The notes under the pieces were generated by a model, which ran no database searches, had not been told where the DNA came from, and worked only from the letters and a program-made list of their open reading frames with translations. The translations under genes and the position numbers were made by a program. Below, piece after piece: positions 42,276 through 55,190 of a stretch of DNA of 64,000 bases (positions are counted from its first letter, which is position 1; each line of letters begins with the position of its first letter). The DNA lies in the NCBI RefSeq assembly GCF_036321535.1, contig NC_087437.1:7750001-7814000 (forward strand). Reading direction: 5' to 3'. The stretch is from Camelus dromedarius (lineage: Eukaryota).

Positions 42276-42859
42276 TGTAAGGAGATAGGTTAGGGGGTCC
42301 CCAGAGAAAGAGAACCAGGCATGGCTCTCTTGACATAAGAGAAGCCGTCATGTGAGCTAAGCTTGGCCACAGTGCTTGCTGCTTGAACAGGTCTCAGAGA
42401 TCAGTGTTCATAAGGCAAGTAAGAGAGCGCAGGAACAAAGGAAGAGCAGTCAGGAAACAATAGTCCAGCAGTAGAGGAGTCCGAGTTCCTCCTGAAGGGG
42501 TGTGCGTCACAATCGGACACAGTCTGAGCTCTGCAGGCACTAAGGCCCCCAGCCAGGTGGAGGATGGGAGGATGGTGTTGACCCTCCTGATTTCAGTCAA
42601 TTAAAGCTCGGACTCTGGCAACCTTGGCCTCGAGTCTATGCTGAGTTCTTCTCTGCTCAAGCGCCTTCGTGAATATGCATATACCCTTAGCTTAAAACTT
42701 CCCCAGTTCTACTGTTCGGGCAGACACTGCTTTGGGAAAGCTCCCTGGTGTTCTGCTTACTTGTTGCAAATGATAAATCCTTCCTTCCACCGCTCTTCAG
42801 CTTGGTTGTGTCTGCTGGCTCGACACCCACCAGGAGGTGAACCCAGTTTTCGGGTAACA
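42276..42859 (+). mobile_element. ERV1 solo LTR, MER41-like (artiodactyl)
   Basis: TGTAAG...TAACA ends; gacactgctttgggaaa...ccctggtgttc...ttacttgttgcaa and gaggtgaacccagttttcgggtaaca resemble MER41-type R/U5. Confidence 0.7.
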
Positions 42860-44229
42860 AATTCAGCAACAATTGAGTTCTTCCTCCCCTTTTCACTTTC
42901 CTATTCTTTTCCAGTCCCCATCCGACCTGCAAATTTGTTTGAATATAATTCATTCCTAATGAGCCAAGGAGGTCCTTGGGGAAGGAACTGACCTCAGTGC
43001 TGAAACGGTACAACACAGTGGCTTCAGTAGCACCATCATCAGAGACATCTGTGTCACCGACGTCTTCACACCACTGTCGGTTCTAAGAAACTACAGTCCA
43101 GTACCATCAGTTTTAAAAGGGTTGACAGTGCCCCACTTTGATAAAAAGCTTCTAGAAAACAGAAGCATTTCCATGTTTTAAGGAGCAAGATTTTACTCTT
43201 TTACCATAAAAAGCAAATGGTTTATTCTTAACACTCAGATTCGTCTCATACTTCATTTCTGAGTCATAACAATAAAGTTTGCTTATAAAAATTGGGGGAA
43301 CAAAGTACACATGAATGTCCAGTTATGAGGTTGAATTATCTCTGCAGTCTGACCTTGTGTGTTTAAAATTGTTTGGGCATTTAGAGAGCCAGCAGTGCAC
43401 AATTAGTTTTTAATTGCAGTGTTCTCAGTCCTTAGAAAAGGAACTTCTGGGTTTCATGTCACATATTGGGAGTTAATATGATTTCAAGTTGCCAGAGTCT
43501 CTTGGTAAGAGGACGCTCTTAGGCTAGAAAACACTGAAGCTGAAATATACTCTGACTGTCTCTGCTGCAGAGCTTCAGAGTGTGTGCACACTTCAGACCA
43601 AACACTCCAGGCAATGAATGGAGTTGGGTTTTTTTTTTTTCCTCTCTGGTGACACTTACAGTGTCTGTGAAACAACTCAGGAATGTGCATCAGACACTGA
43701 GTCTGTAACCCTGTTGTCTTAATTATTAACTGCTCAGTTTGGTACCTGGGGGCAGAGGGGCCCTGCAGGATTCTGCTCGGTTCCAGTCTCACAGTAAATC
43801 TACAAGAATCGGGTGAGAGATTATCCTCATGTACAAAATGCAAACCATACAAAAATACCTACTTTGCAGAGTCGTTTGTGAGCTTAAGTAAGAGAATGTG
43901 TATGAAAGCAGTTCGCAGACTGGACATTCTGCCTACCTCTGACCTCTTCCTTTCTACCCTATTGCGCTGTTCGAAGCTGTGGGGTGAGACTGGGGACAGT
44001 CTTGTCGTTCTGGCTCAGGGAATGCCAGATGCCACTGTTCTCAAATGAGTTCGGAGTTGAAGACGTATCTCACACAAGAAACACTATTTTTAGGATGGCC
44101 CAAAAGCGAACATGAGTATCCAAAGAAAAGAGAAAGAAATTTGCTTCTAGGAGGTAGAGGGGGAGTTTGATATAGCTGATTGAAGCTTGGCTCTCACTTA
44201 CTTACTTACTTTACTTATATAATAAATAT

Positions 44230-45050
44230 CTTAACTAGTTCCCAAGTATCATGTATCATTTACTGAATAATCCATTTATTCCCACTAACTAAATAAGGCA
44301 TTTTAATCGTACTAAATTATTATGCATACTTATGACTATTACTAGGTTTCATTTTTATTCTACGGGCAATCTAATTTTATGCCAACATTGCAGAATTTTA
44401 ATTATCATAGTGTTTAAATTTGGGTACATCAAATAGAATGGGGCCATTCTAGCTCATTTACAAATTCAGATTAATATTAGAAAAAAATTCTCCCCCCCGA
44501 AAATCCAAATGGCATTTTAATTGGAGTTATTTCAGGAATTAATTTGGGGAATTTTTATATCATTGAGATTTTTTTTTTGGTATCCAAGATTTTGATATTT
44601 CATCTCTGTTTTATTTAGCTTTTTATAGAATTAAGTGGAATTGTGTAGTTTTCTTCACGTAGGTTGCACATAGTTCTTAAGTTTATATGTATTATACGTT
44701 AGTGATTTATATCTCTTCAGTGAAATCTAGTGAAGTTACAGCAAATACTTAATAAAATAATCTTCTCAAACCAGTAGGCAAAAAAGAATACAGATATTAG
44801 AGAAACCAGGGAGAAATTTATTAGTATGCATACGTTATATGATCGTATTCCTAAAAAACTCAAAAAAGTAATTAAAACTAATGAAAAATTTAATATACTT
44901 GTTTGAAATATCTATAAATATTTTACAGTAACTAGATTTTTTTCTAATTTATTATTTTCAGTAATAACTGGAACAAAATTAATGGAAAACGGATTCCATC
45001 ATATAAACATAAAATGTGTAATACTTAATAATTTAAATTCTGCAGGGTTT
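44230..45050. mobile_element. Two ancient L1 ORF2 fragments in opposite orientation (about 44230-44720 minus, 44780-45050 plus)
   Basis: catttactgaataatcc...atggcattttaattggagtt...gaattaatttgggga (antisense) and ttatatgatcgtattcctaaaaaactcaaaa (sense); highly diverged. Confidence 0.45.
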
Positions 45051-45348
45051 ATATTCTAAACCTCTAGTTTTGCTTAATTTTGCTTCTGTTTGATGAGACC
45101 TCGTGATGTACAGGGAAGGACAGTGGGCTGGGAGTCATGATATCAAGATTCCAGCACTGGTTCCAGGCCTCATGTTTCTCTTCTGTGCAATGAGGTGTCA
45201 GAGCAAATGATCTCCAGAATCTTCAGAGCCTCAGCTCCTCGTTTTTATGTGAAGAAGAGGGAAACAAGAGGCTTTAAGAGTTATTCCACTCTCAGGTATT
45301 TCTGAAGATACAAATACATATTTCTTCTTCCAAAAATAGATGAACTGG

Positions 45349-45351
<3 letters not shown>

Positions 45352-45379
<28 letters not shown>
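45352..45379. repeat. (TG)n microsatellite
   Basis: About 14 units. Confidence 0.95.
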
Positions 45380-45840
45380 ACTTCTGGCTCTTGTTCCAGA
45401 GAGGGAGTAGGGTTGACCTGATGTATATCTTTTTAAAATTATTTTTTAGTCTATATATTTCTTTCTCCAAGTCCAAACATAATATATTTTAAGTTTCAGT
45501 GCTAAGGAGTAAAGATAATTTTGTTTTAAATAATGGAAAATAATGTATGATTTCATTGGAACAGAATCCTGTGCCAGTATTTTTCTTAGAGTAGTATCTT
45601 CTTTACTTTTATCTGTTTCCTTTCCTCGCTAACTTTAAAAATACTGGGTCCAGATAAGAGTTCTTCTGGAGAGCAACCCTCAATGCAGCTTCTCCTGTCT
45701 TCTCACTAACATTCCTCTGAAGGTCAGGAGAAAGACATAATGTCACATCTTAGCCGTAATTGAAAAATAGGGCCAACTGTAGATCTATTATTACAAGAAA
45801 CTAGAAGAATTTCCACTAAAAAGCAAGTGAATAGGGTTGG

Positions 45841-45844
<4 letters not shown>

Positions 45845-45880
<36 letters not shown>

Positions 45881-46841
45881 ACTGAATTATAGGCAGTTTA
45901 CAATGATGTGTCAATTTCTGGTGTACAGCACAGTGCTTTAGTCATACATGAACGTGCATATATTCATTTTCATATTCTTTTCACATTAAGTTACTACAAG
46001 TATATAGTTCCCTGTGCTATACAGAAGAAACCTGTTGTTTCTCTCTCTTATATATGTTAATATCTGCAAATCTCGAACTCCCAGTTTATCCCTTCACACC
46101 CTCTTCTCCCCCTGGTAACCATAAGTTTGTTTTCTATGTCTATGAGTCTATTTCTGTTTTATATATAAGTTCATTTGTTTTTTGTTTTTTTTTTTTAGAT
46201 TCCACGTATGAGTGATATCATATGGTATTTTTCTTTCTGGCTTACTTCACTTAGAATGACATTCTCCAGGAACATCCATGTTGCTGCAAATGGCATTATG
46301 TTGTTGGTTTTTGTGGCTGAATAGTATTCCATTGTATAAATATACCACTTCTTCTTTATCCAGTCATCTGTCAGTGGACATTTAGGCTGTTTCCATGTCT
46401 TGGCTATTGTAAATAGTGCTGCTATGAACATTGGGGTGCCGGTATCTTTTTGAATGAAGGTTCCCTCTGGATATATGCCCAGGAGCAGGATTCCTGGGTC
46501 ATATGGTAAGTCTATTCCTAGTCTTTTGAGGAATCTCCATACTGTTTTCCATAATGGCTCCACCAAACTACATTCCCACCAGCAGTTTAGAGGGTTCCCT
46601 TTTCTCCACAGCCTCTCCAGCATTTGTGATTTGTGGGCTTTTGAATGATGGCCATTCTGACTGGTGTGAGGTGATACCTCATTGAAGTTTTGATTTGCAT
46701 TTCTCTGATAATTAGCAATATTGAGAATTTTTTCATGTGCCTATTGGTCATTTGTATGTCTTCATTAGAGAAATGCTTGTTTAGGTCTTCTGCCCATTTT
46801 TGGATTGGGTAATTTGTTTTCTTATCAAGTTGTACGAGCTG
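45845..46841 (-). mobile_element. 5'-truncated young camelid L1 (~1 kb: ORF2 C-terminus plus 3' UTR; tail converted to (TG)n(TA)n)
   Basis: Track ORFs 46195-46623 and 46587-46916 give L1 ORF2 C-terminal motifs ([35 protein letters not shown]) with a frameshift; TSD agg(g/a)ttggatttt. Confidence 0.95.
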
Positions 46842-48104
46842 AAGGATTGGATTTTTAAGTATAATCAACAGCAACTTGAATTTTTTCAAAGGCTCACACA
46901 ATTGGAAGCCCTTCATCCTGCACTTATCCTCAGCACTCTGGTTCTAACAGCCAAGGTCTCCAAGAAAATGTAACAGTTTTCCTTCTACTGCTTAGGTGTT
47001 GCTTTGCAGCAGAATGGTGGTTACATCAAACCCAGTAGTTTTTCTGTGCCATCCAAAAATAAGAGAACCTTTAAAGTGTACAAATTTTCCCATTTTAGAG
47101 ATGACGGCGGGGATAGGAGATACTAAAATGGTGGAGTAAATTGTTGGTAGTGACTGATTAGTAGAAAACTAAGTTCCATGAGTTTTGAAAAATTGTGTCA
47201 TCACCAAATGGAACTTAAAATAGCACACACACCTTATAAATCACACCAACACAGAACATATAGAAAAAGACAGGAAAAGAGGAAATACCAAGAAAATACA
47301 AATGTTAAGAAGTAATAGGCCATTAAACATCATGATTTTAATGACTGTTCAATGACATGGGGAAAAGCTCAGGTTATTTCAAGTGAAGAACTCAGGATAT
47401 GGATTTCTATATATCATATGATTCCTATTTTGGATGAAAAAGGAAAATATACATACACGTGAACTAGAAATAAATTTAATGAGTAGAAAAGTAAGTTACA
47501 CATTTGTCTTTTCCCTTACATTTTTTGAAAACAATTGATTTGTATTAAATGAATATTTAGTTTACATCCGTTAAGCACCACCTACATGCGTGGTGCAGTG
47601 CTTAATACATTTGTGTGCATTTCCCATCTGCTCTTTATTGCAATCCCATGAGGCAGGTATTTTCAACCCCATTTTGCAAAAAAACAAAACAAAACAAAAA
47701 CTAAAGCTTGAAAAGTTTGAAATTTCCTGGAAATTTATTTTTTTACTTACAAAATATTTTAACACAAAAAAAGTTTACAATGAATATAATAGACACCTAA
47801 AAATTGTATCTTTTAACATTTTGCCTTAACATGTTTGCTTTATTTCTATTTTCAAAATCAATACAATACTGTAGATAAAGCCAGAGCCCCACTGCCCTTC
47901 ACTTCCCCCTTATTCCCTCCTGCTTTCCTCCTTACTGCTCGAAAGTGTGTAAGATTCCCTTAGATGCTGTTTTTATGATACAGTGTATTAGTAAAGCAGT
48001 ATATGGTGTCATTTTGTCTCATCATCTTCCATATAAATCATCACAAATGTGAGTAGCAGCAGTGGTAATGGTAATAGTAAGAGTAGTAGTAGTAATAATA
48101 GTAA

Positions 48105-48295
48105 TCAGAGTTATATGGGGCTTTCTCGGTGCCAGGCACTGTTCTAGGCACTTTGCAGGGACTCAGTCATTTAATCTTGCCATAATTTTAGGAGCCGAAT
48201 ACTATTAACATCTCTATTTACAGATGAGAAAACTGACACACAGAGATTAAATGACTTGCCCTGGATACACAGATAATATACATAGGAACTGGGTT
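48105..48295 (-). mobile_element. MIR relic
   Basis: gtgccaggcactgttctaggcacttt...tttacagatgagaaaactga...aaatgacttgccc. Confidence 0.8.
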
Positions 48296-48382
48296 TTCTC
48301 TCTTCTTTGTATCTGTTTACAATCTCATTGAGGTTTTTTTTTTCCTTAAGATTAATCCTTCGTAGGTATAAATCTTGTATGG

Positions 48383-48384
48383 TT

Positions 48385-48423
<39 letters not shown>

Positions 48424-48645
48424 TTGAAGTATAGTTTATTTATAATGTTGTCTTAGTTTCTGATGTATAGCAAAGTGATTCAACTATACACACACACATA
48501 TATATCTATATATTCATTTTCATATTCTTTTTCATTATAGGCTATTACAAGGTATTGAATGTAGTTTCCTGTGCTCTACAGTAAGACACTGTTGTTATAT
48601 CTATTTTATATATAGTAGTATATGCAGATCCTGAACCCCCAATTC
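48383..48645 (-). mobile_element. Truncated artiodactyl L1 3' end with (TTTA)n tail
   Basis: (ttta)~10 then ttgaagtatagtt...tataatgttgtcttagtttctg...ttataggctattacaag. Confidence 0.88.
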
Positions 48646-49149
48646 TTAACTGTTTAATAGAATTCTGTTGCACAGTAAGCCAGTTTACTCATCCTGTTGG
48701 TTGACTTATCCATCCCCTACTGAGTTGCTTTGCACCTGTCACCATTACCAGTGGTGGGCAATAAGCACTCAAATACGCATGTGCGAGAATTTCCCTGGGT
48801 AGGAGATGTAGAAGTGTGCTTGCTTGGTCAAAGGGCTTGTGCATCTGCAAAGTTAACACATGTTGTCAACTTTTCCTCGGAAGCAATTGTATTCATTAAT
48901 TATTTGGTCAGTCATGTTATATGTGTTCTTTCCTGAGATTGTTACCAATGTTTTTAAATTTGTGAAAACCTTGGAGGGTATTGGGGAGTGGAGGGTATAA
49001 AGTAATGTCTAATTCTTGTTTAAATTTCCATTTCCCTGAGTAAGTAAGGTAGAACTTCGTTTTTGGGGGGTTTTTGGGGGGCAGCGGATTGGCCACTCTG
49101 GTTTCCTCTTTGGTAAATTAGACTCTCAACTCATTAATTTGCAATTTCT

Positions 49150-50350
49150 CTTCTTTCCTAAATCTATTGAGGTCTTTAAAAATTAGTTTTCAAAGTATAT
49201 AGAACTTTCGAAGTTAACACTGATATTGATTTCTAATCACATTTGTTGGTTGTCACAGAGTTTGGTCTCTGTGATACTGATTCTTCAGTGTTTGTTGAGA
49301 CTCAATTGGATATATTCTTTATGAGTCAGGGTAGAATGTGCATACAGTATTTTTGCATATAATTTTTAGTTCAAAGTTTTATATATGTCCATTAGGTCAA
49401 GTTTCTGAATTTAATTACACATATATTGCAGATCCTTATTAACTATTTTCTGACCAAATATATATAAAAATTTTATTTGGTGCTTTTTCAGATCTCTGTT
49501 CATTTTCCATAGTGTTTGCTTTCATTTTCTAGCTCCAGTTCCTTATTTTTTGTCTACCAGGTCAAGCTTCTGAATTGAATTTAAATACTATCTTATCATA
49601 TTTCTCCATTGTTGTTTTATTAATTCAAGTTCATGGTGTATTAATTTTCTGTTCATCTAATTCTTGCAAAAGGTGAACTGTTTCCTCACGTATTTCGTAT
49701 TTGTGCTCATTTTTATTGTGAGCTAATCTTCAGTAGTGCTTCTTCCTTGTAGAAATCCTGCTCAGATTGAGGTATGAGAATGTCCAGAATTTTGGTTGTT
49801 GTTTGCTTGCTTGTTTGCTTTTGTCAAAGACAACAGGATTTTCCTTGCCCTAGGATCAAAAATTTTTTTTAATGTCTTGGCTTTAAGGCTTCTGTGCCTC
49901 ATTGATAGTGTACATTCAGACATCAACATGCAAGGCACAATTCGGAATTTTTGTAATTCTCTCAAGACTGCTTTTTGCAAACTCTGGATTTCCTCATTAT
50001 CCTCGTATGCTGTTGGGTAAATTATTTCTACCCATCTCCCTGCATGCATCACACTTAGAGTATGCCAGTCATATACGAGGTGTCAGTTCTAGCGTTTGTA
50101 GGATTTCAGTGTTCTCTCTCCTCTGGGCGAATGGCCGTAAAACCCAAGCCCATAGACATTATTACTACCATTAGCTGCCCATCCCTGTTTCCCCATCAGT
50201 GTCACCACCACAGTGTCAGTTAACGTAATTGCTACTCCTCATTTTTGCTTATGGAGATTTCACTTCCTCTTTTGGAAGAATATGTATATTTCCAGGTATT
50301 TATATTGGAAAGGCTTGCACAAGCTAAGTTCATAATCTTGCCAGAACCAC
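49150..50350 (-). mobile_element. Very old L1/HAL1-like relic
   Basis: T-rich degraded sequence (tttgttgagact, gtagaatgtgcat, tatatgtccattaggtcaagttt); family uncertain. Confidence 0.4.
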
Positions 50351-50819
50351 AGTATTAATTTCCGGCCCAAATAACATAACCTAAATTCCAGTGTGCTTTT
50401 ATTGTACGTTATATTTGAAATATAAGACTGGTTGTAACCTAACTCATGAAATGCCAGTTGAATAAGGGTTAATTACTTAAGACCTTATTCCCACTTGGGA
50501 TGCCTTTATGGGGGAAAATCATTTAAACTTAAGACCTCAAATGTCCAGTTCTACCAAGAGAATTGTTCAGTTACCAGGAAAATAAGTTAGGCTGCTGTCT
50601 TGAGAAGACATCATCAAATGTGCCTCATATACAGTTACTCTTTCTAGCTACTGTATTAACCATAGTAATTCTTTCAGAATAAGTGACAGTTTAATGTACT
50701 GCAGATTATCTTCCTAAGAGACTATAGATATAGAGAAAAGCAGAACAGAAAAAAACTGAGTCATTGAGATTGTTTCTTTTAAACTGTACAAAGTTTTCAG
50801 TGCTTTAACTATAAAATAA

Positions 50820-51200
50820 GTATTTGTTGAGTCCGTAAGAATGACAGTGTTGTGAGCTGTGAGCATTACAGGGACTCTTTGAGGCTGCCTTCTTAGAAGT
50901 GTACTTTGTTGTTAGAGATTCAAGAGGTGGACATAAAAATACACAAAATTATTTTTTTAATACTGGTTTGGCAGTCTATACAGGCAAAAACCTCCTTAAT
51001 AGTTTAGAAAGAAGCAGAAGTGATCCAAACTGAACCTCTGTGAAGATGGCATTTGAGCTGGGCTTCGAAAGGTGAGTACTATTTTGGAGAGGATTCATCA
51101 GAAAACATTTGGGGGAGGGCACAGTGTGAACACGTGCATGGAAGCAGGAGATCTCACAGTGTATTTGAGGAACAGTGAGTGGATGAGATGAATTTGTCCA
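50820..51200 (-). mobile_element. L2 relic
   Basis: aagtatttgttgagt...gaagatggcatttgagctgggcttcgaaaggtgagta...tgtatttgaggaacagtgagt. Confidence 0.6.
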
Positions 51201-51219
51201 GTGTAGAAAATTCTAGACC

Positions 51220-51512
51220 AGCTGGAGTTGCAAAATCAGAAGCCCCAGCGAGGAGAGGGCAGAGCATCCGTGGGTGGAGTGGCAAAGGCAAGCCTTCTCA
51301 GAGGGAGTTGACGATGACCTAACTCCAGCACCAACATAGACCAGGTGTGACCACATCTGATTTTTCCAGAGAAGTTGGGAGTTGGGATTTGGGGGTAAAT
51401 CTCTGATATTTAAGTATTGGCAAATAATTCAGAACTTGAAAAGCACAGTGTAAGAACCAAATAATATTCTGTGGGCCTGATCAAGCCCCGTAGGTCACCA
51501 GTTTGCCATCCT
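51220..51512 (-). mobile_element. hAT-Charlie relic (MER102-like)
   Basis: ctgatttttccagagaag...ttggcaaataattca...gcacagtgt...ctgtgggcc...ccagtttgc. Confidence 0.55.
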
Positions 51513-54469
51513 AGACAGAGCAAGTGAAGAGCAGGATGTGACCAAAATAATGGGTTGGAGTCCTGGCTGAGATGTGCAGATTCAATCCCCAAGACAGCAG
51601 AGGCCAGAGAAGGTGACCTGACTGATACAGTTTTAGGAATTTTATTATAAACTCAAGAGGGACAGACACAGAAAATATATTTCTCTTTGTGATATTTGCC
51701 AGAAGGTTTAGTCCAGCTGCATATTCCTGTGGAAAGGAGCACACGTGCTGTTTTTTTGGAAATTGGTCTCACAATCTATAGACTTGTGCTAATGAAAAGT
51801 TTTCCTCTATTTGTTATCCTAATTGTGTGAACATTTTTATAAAGGGGATTGAATTTATAAAGAATGTCCACTGGAATACTTTCCCCATTTGAGATTTTAG
51901 CCAACATGAACATAACTCAAAGATTATATGATAAGAAATAAAAGATAATTAAACATTTTATCTGAATGAATTAGACATCTGGCATCAAAATTTCCATTCC
52001 TCTTTTCTCTCCTTTCTTGTTATGTGCTCATGTGTGGGCATTTGCTTTGTATTTAGAGTTCCCCCAACTAGCCACAGACAGAAGAGATAATGTAAATGTT
52101 TCATTGTCTGTGACCTCACGGAGGCCACTGCCCAAACCCCGTTGCTAACATGTCCTTTTATTTGGACATAAGAGTCTTGATTTTCGGATTTTTTCCATTG
52201 AGATTAGTCAGGAAAGACAAAGATGAAACCCAAATTTAACTTCTCAGAAACTCAAGTCCCAGGACTCCATTCAAGATGGAAATGATTTACGAAGGCCCTC
52301 TTTTCAAAAACGCTGGGTCTGTATCCTAGCGTATTTGTTCGTGCCAGTGTCCTCTGCACTGAAATCAAATGGACAGAAGTTAGACCCCAGAAAATTCAGT
52401 CAGTTGAAATATTGAAGATGGAAATAAAAGCTAATGCACATCTGACTCTACGTAGCTTTCAAAATCTACATCTGTTTTTCTCTTCTGAAGATACTGAAAA
52501 TCAACTTTTGGCTGGACAGCCACTGTGAACCTATGTTGGCCTCGTAGGGTAAGATGTGGCGTGGCAGTTTTAATTTAAGTGTGAGTTCACGATTCACTTC
52601 AAAGCCTGGCTCCTCTGCTTACTCTCTGCATCAGTTTCATGTGTGTTACTTGCCTGTCTAAGGCACTGTCTCCTTATCCATAAAAGAGACAGGATTAGCC
52701 ATGTCATCAGGTGTCACGAGAATTAAATGATACAAAGCAATTGCTAATTGTTTGGTATGTATTCTTGGCTCCCACTGCCACTGCCACAGTTGTGGTTTTA
52801 GTTATCATCACTGTTATTATTGACACTTGTGGTATTTTATTAAAATCATGATGATAGCATCTAATCTTGTTCCCAAGAAATTATATTTTAATTATAACTT
52901 TATTTACAGTATTAAAGTCAGTGCCCAGATGGCCTGCAGTCTTTACCGGAAAACCTACTGCTGATGGTCAGAGATTAGAGGCTTATTTTTAGTAATCTTT
53001 CTAGCCTAAAATGGAATTTTTGTCAGGGTTGGCTTTTTTAAATGTGAGGCACAGAAGGAGGGCGGTATTTCTAATTTTATCATCTGCCCATAAAATCATG
53101 CTTTAGTGCTAGCTAATTCCATTAATTTTTTAAATTATCGTGGTTTAGGTTTACAGGTTGCAAAGCTATCCTGTGGCCGAAATGGTATATTTGGGGATAT
53201 GGTGACTCTTTCTGACCCACTTGGGAGTCACCAACAAAACAATTTTAGATTCAGTTAGCACCTGATTTTCATTATGAGCCTGTCATTAAGTGAGCATACG
53301 CAATTCCGATCTCCCATGCAGTGTTTTACATGTTCCATTCAAACATGTTTATTCACAGTAATGCACGTGTATCTGCAAAAATCCAAAAAAAAGATACTTT
53401 GGTATAATGGGATTCTGAAGAGTTAGATATTCTTAAAAGTATTTTTTGTTGTTGTTGACAGTTGAGGGTATGTGACTCTCTGTGATTTCTCTGTCGAGAA
53501 CGTGCTTGGTGAATGGTATCAACAAGGCACGTGATGGTGGTTATTCTTTACAGATACCGCGGCCATAGTGAGTGTGTGTGAAAGATCCAGAGGGAGACAG
53601 AGAAGGGAGAGAGACAACAGCAGTTTATTGCCACTGCTAAGTTTAAAAATAGAACTTGACATTATTTTAAATCAGTGAATCAAACACTTTTTTTATTATT
53701 CTTTAGAAGGGAAGGATTCCATCTTTGGGTGACGAGCTCAATGGAATTATTTTAGCCAAAGTCTGTTTTCTATGAGTCAACAGATACGTTCGAAGATATC
53801 AATCAGGCAATTTAAAAATCTTTATTTGACCAAATACTGAATTGTTTTTGATGAATACGAGATGTTTTGATCCTGCCATTTTGAAGGTCCTCTTTTAATC
53901 CTGCTGATGTTCTGTCCTCACTCTTTTGACCCTCAAGGACATTTCCATCGTGTGATTAAGGACATTCCGTCTTGTTAGAATGGTAGTAACGTTTTGGACT
54001 TCTCATCTAGAAGGTACTTGCTAGAATCAAAAGCCTACACAGTTTTATTCCATTCCCTTTTTTTGTTGCATTGGAAATTATTTTATCGAGTTCTTTTCTA
54101 CATGAACTTTGCACCAAAGATTTAATTCATCAGTTGCTTTTATAGAATTCCACATCAGATAGGATGAGTTTTCCCTTTTGACAATATTTCTATCAAGTCC
54201 AGTTTTCCATATTTAAGTTTTAAATTGAGAACTCATTTTTTTCAAGATTTTATTCTTCCATCATTTTTTGATCAATGACAAATTTTACTCTGTACAGTTT
54301 CTCCACTGGCACATGACCATGTTTAGTTATATACATGATATACGATGAAAATTAATTGATCACTCATCTTCCAATTTAGAAAGCTAACTTATTTTTGAAT
54401 AATATAATTACTTGTGAAAAAGTGATAGACTACAGAAGAAGTGAGAAGGAACCAGTGTTTTCAGCAGTC

Positions 54470-54660
54470 AGTCATATTCCAGGCACCGTGCCAGGTGTTT
54501 TGCAAAATTATCTTCTTCAATCCTCACAGCAAAAGAGGCATTTTTTTTTGTTTCCATTTTTTAGTTGAAGAAGCTGGAACTTAGATAACTAGCTTACCTG
54601 AAGTTAGATTATTACTTAGTGACGGGGCTGTGGTTCAAGCCATCCCACAAACCCAAAACC
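54470..54660 (-). mobile_element. MIR relic
   Basis: ccaggcaccgtgccaggtgttt...ttcaatcctcacagc...ccattttttagttgaagaagctg. Confidence 0.6.
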
Positions 54661-54940
54661 TTTCTGATTGCTCTCCCAAGGAGCCTTAGTTTGGTCATCC
54701 TTATACTTGTATGAGAGCTTCCCCAACAGAGTAGCGAGGTCATGAAGACCTACCTCCTGTATCTTTATGTCTCACACAGCATCTCAAGCATTATAAATGG
54801 TCACTAAATAATTGCTAAGTGAGTGAATTAATTAGGTTATTAATTATTAAAGAGGCTATTTAGAGACGATAGGACAGGTAGAAGCAGTGAAGGTAATAAT
54901 TTAGTCTCCTGGTTCAAGAGAAGCTTCATTTCAGGAACAG

Positions 54941-55190
54941 GGGGAGGGATTGGTCTGAGTGTACACCTGGCTGGGAAATGGGCGGGAGAACAGGCCAATC
55001 AGGAGTCAGGAAGTGTTGTCATGAGGGGGCAGTTGCTGACCAAAAATAAAATAAAATAACTGTTTAATTCTGAGACAAAACATCAAAGATAGACGTTGAC
55101 AGTCTGCAGGATGTTCAGGAAATGGAAACCATGCTCAGCAAGTGGTGTCATGTGACCTTAAAAATGGTGGCTTCGTAGAGTGGGTGGGGT
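54941..55190. promoter_or_regulatory. Candidate intronic promoter/enhancer motif cluster
   Basis: ATTGG 54949-54953, GGGCGG 54980-54985, GGCCAATCAG 54993-55002, CAGGAAGTG 55007-55015, GTCATGTGAC 55147-55156, AAAATGGTGGC 55161-55171, GGGTGGGG 55182-55189. Motif evidence only. Confidence 0.3.

Noticed and set aside
42276..42859. Interferon-inducible STAT1 enhancer in the MER41-like LTR
   Set aside because: I could not find an intact TTC-N3-GAA site; only degenerate matches (tttgggaa, ttcgtgaa).
46195..46916. Host protein-coding gene on the minus strand
   Set aside because: These ORFs are frameshifted L1 ORF2 C-terminal sequence in a 5'-truncated insertion.
52844..52968. C/D box snoRNA-like arrangement (ATGATGA...CTGA with a 4-bp terminal stem)
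   Set aside because: The C box sits in low-complexity sequence next to a MIR-like relic, there are no clear C'/D' boxes, and I recognise no rRNA/snRNA guide complementarity. An Infernal/snoscan hit would be needed.
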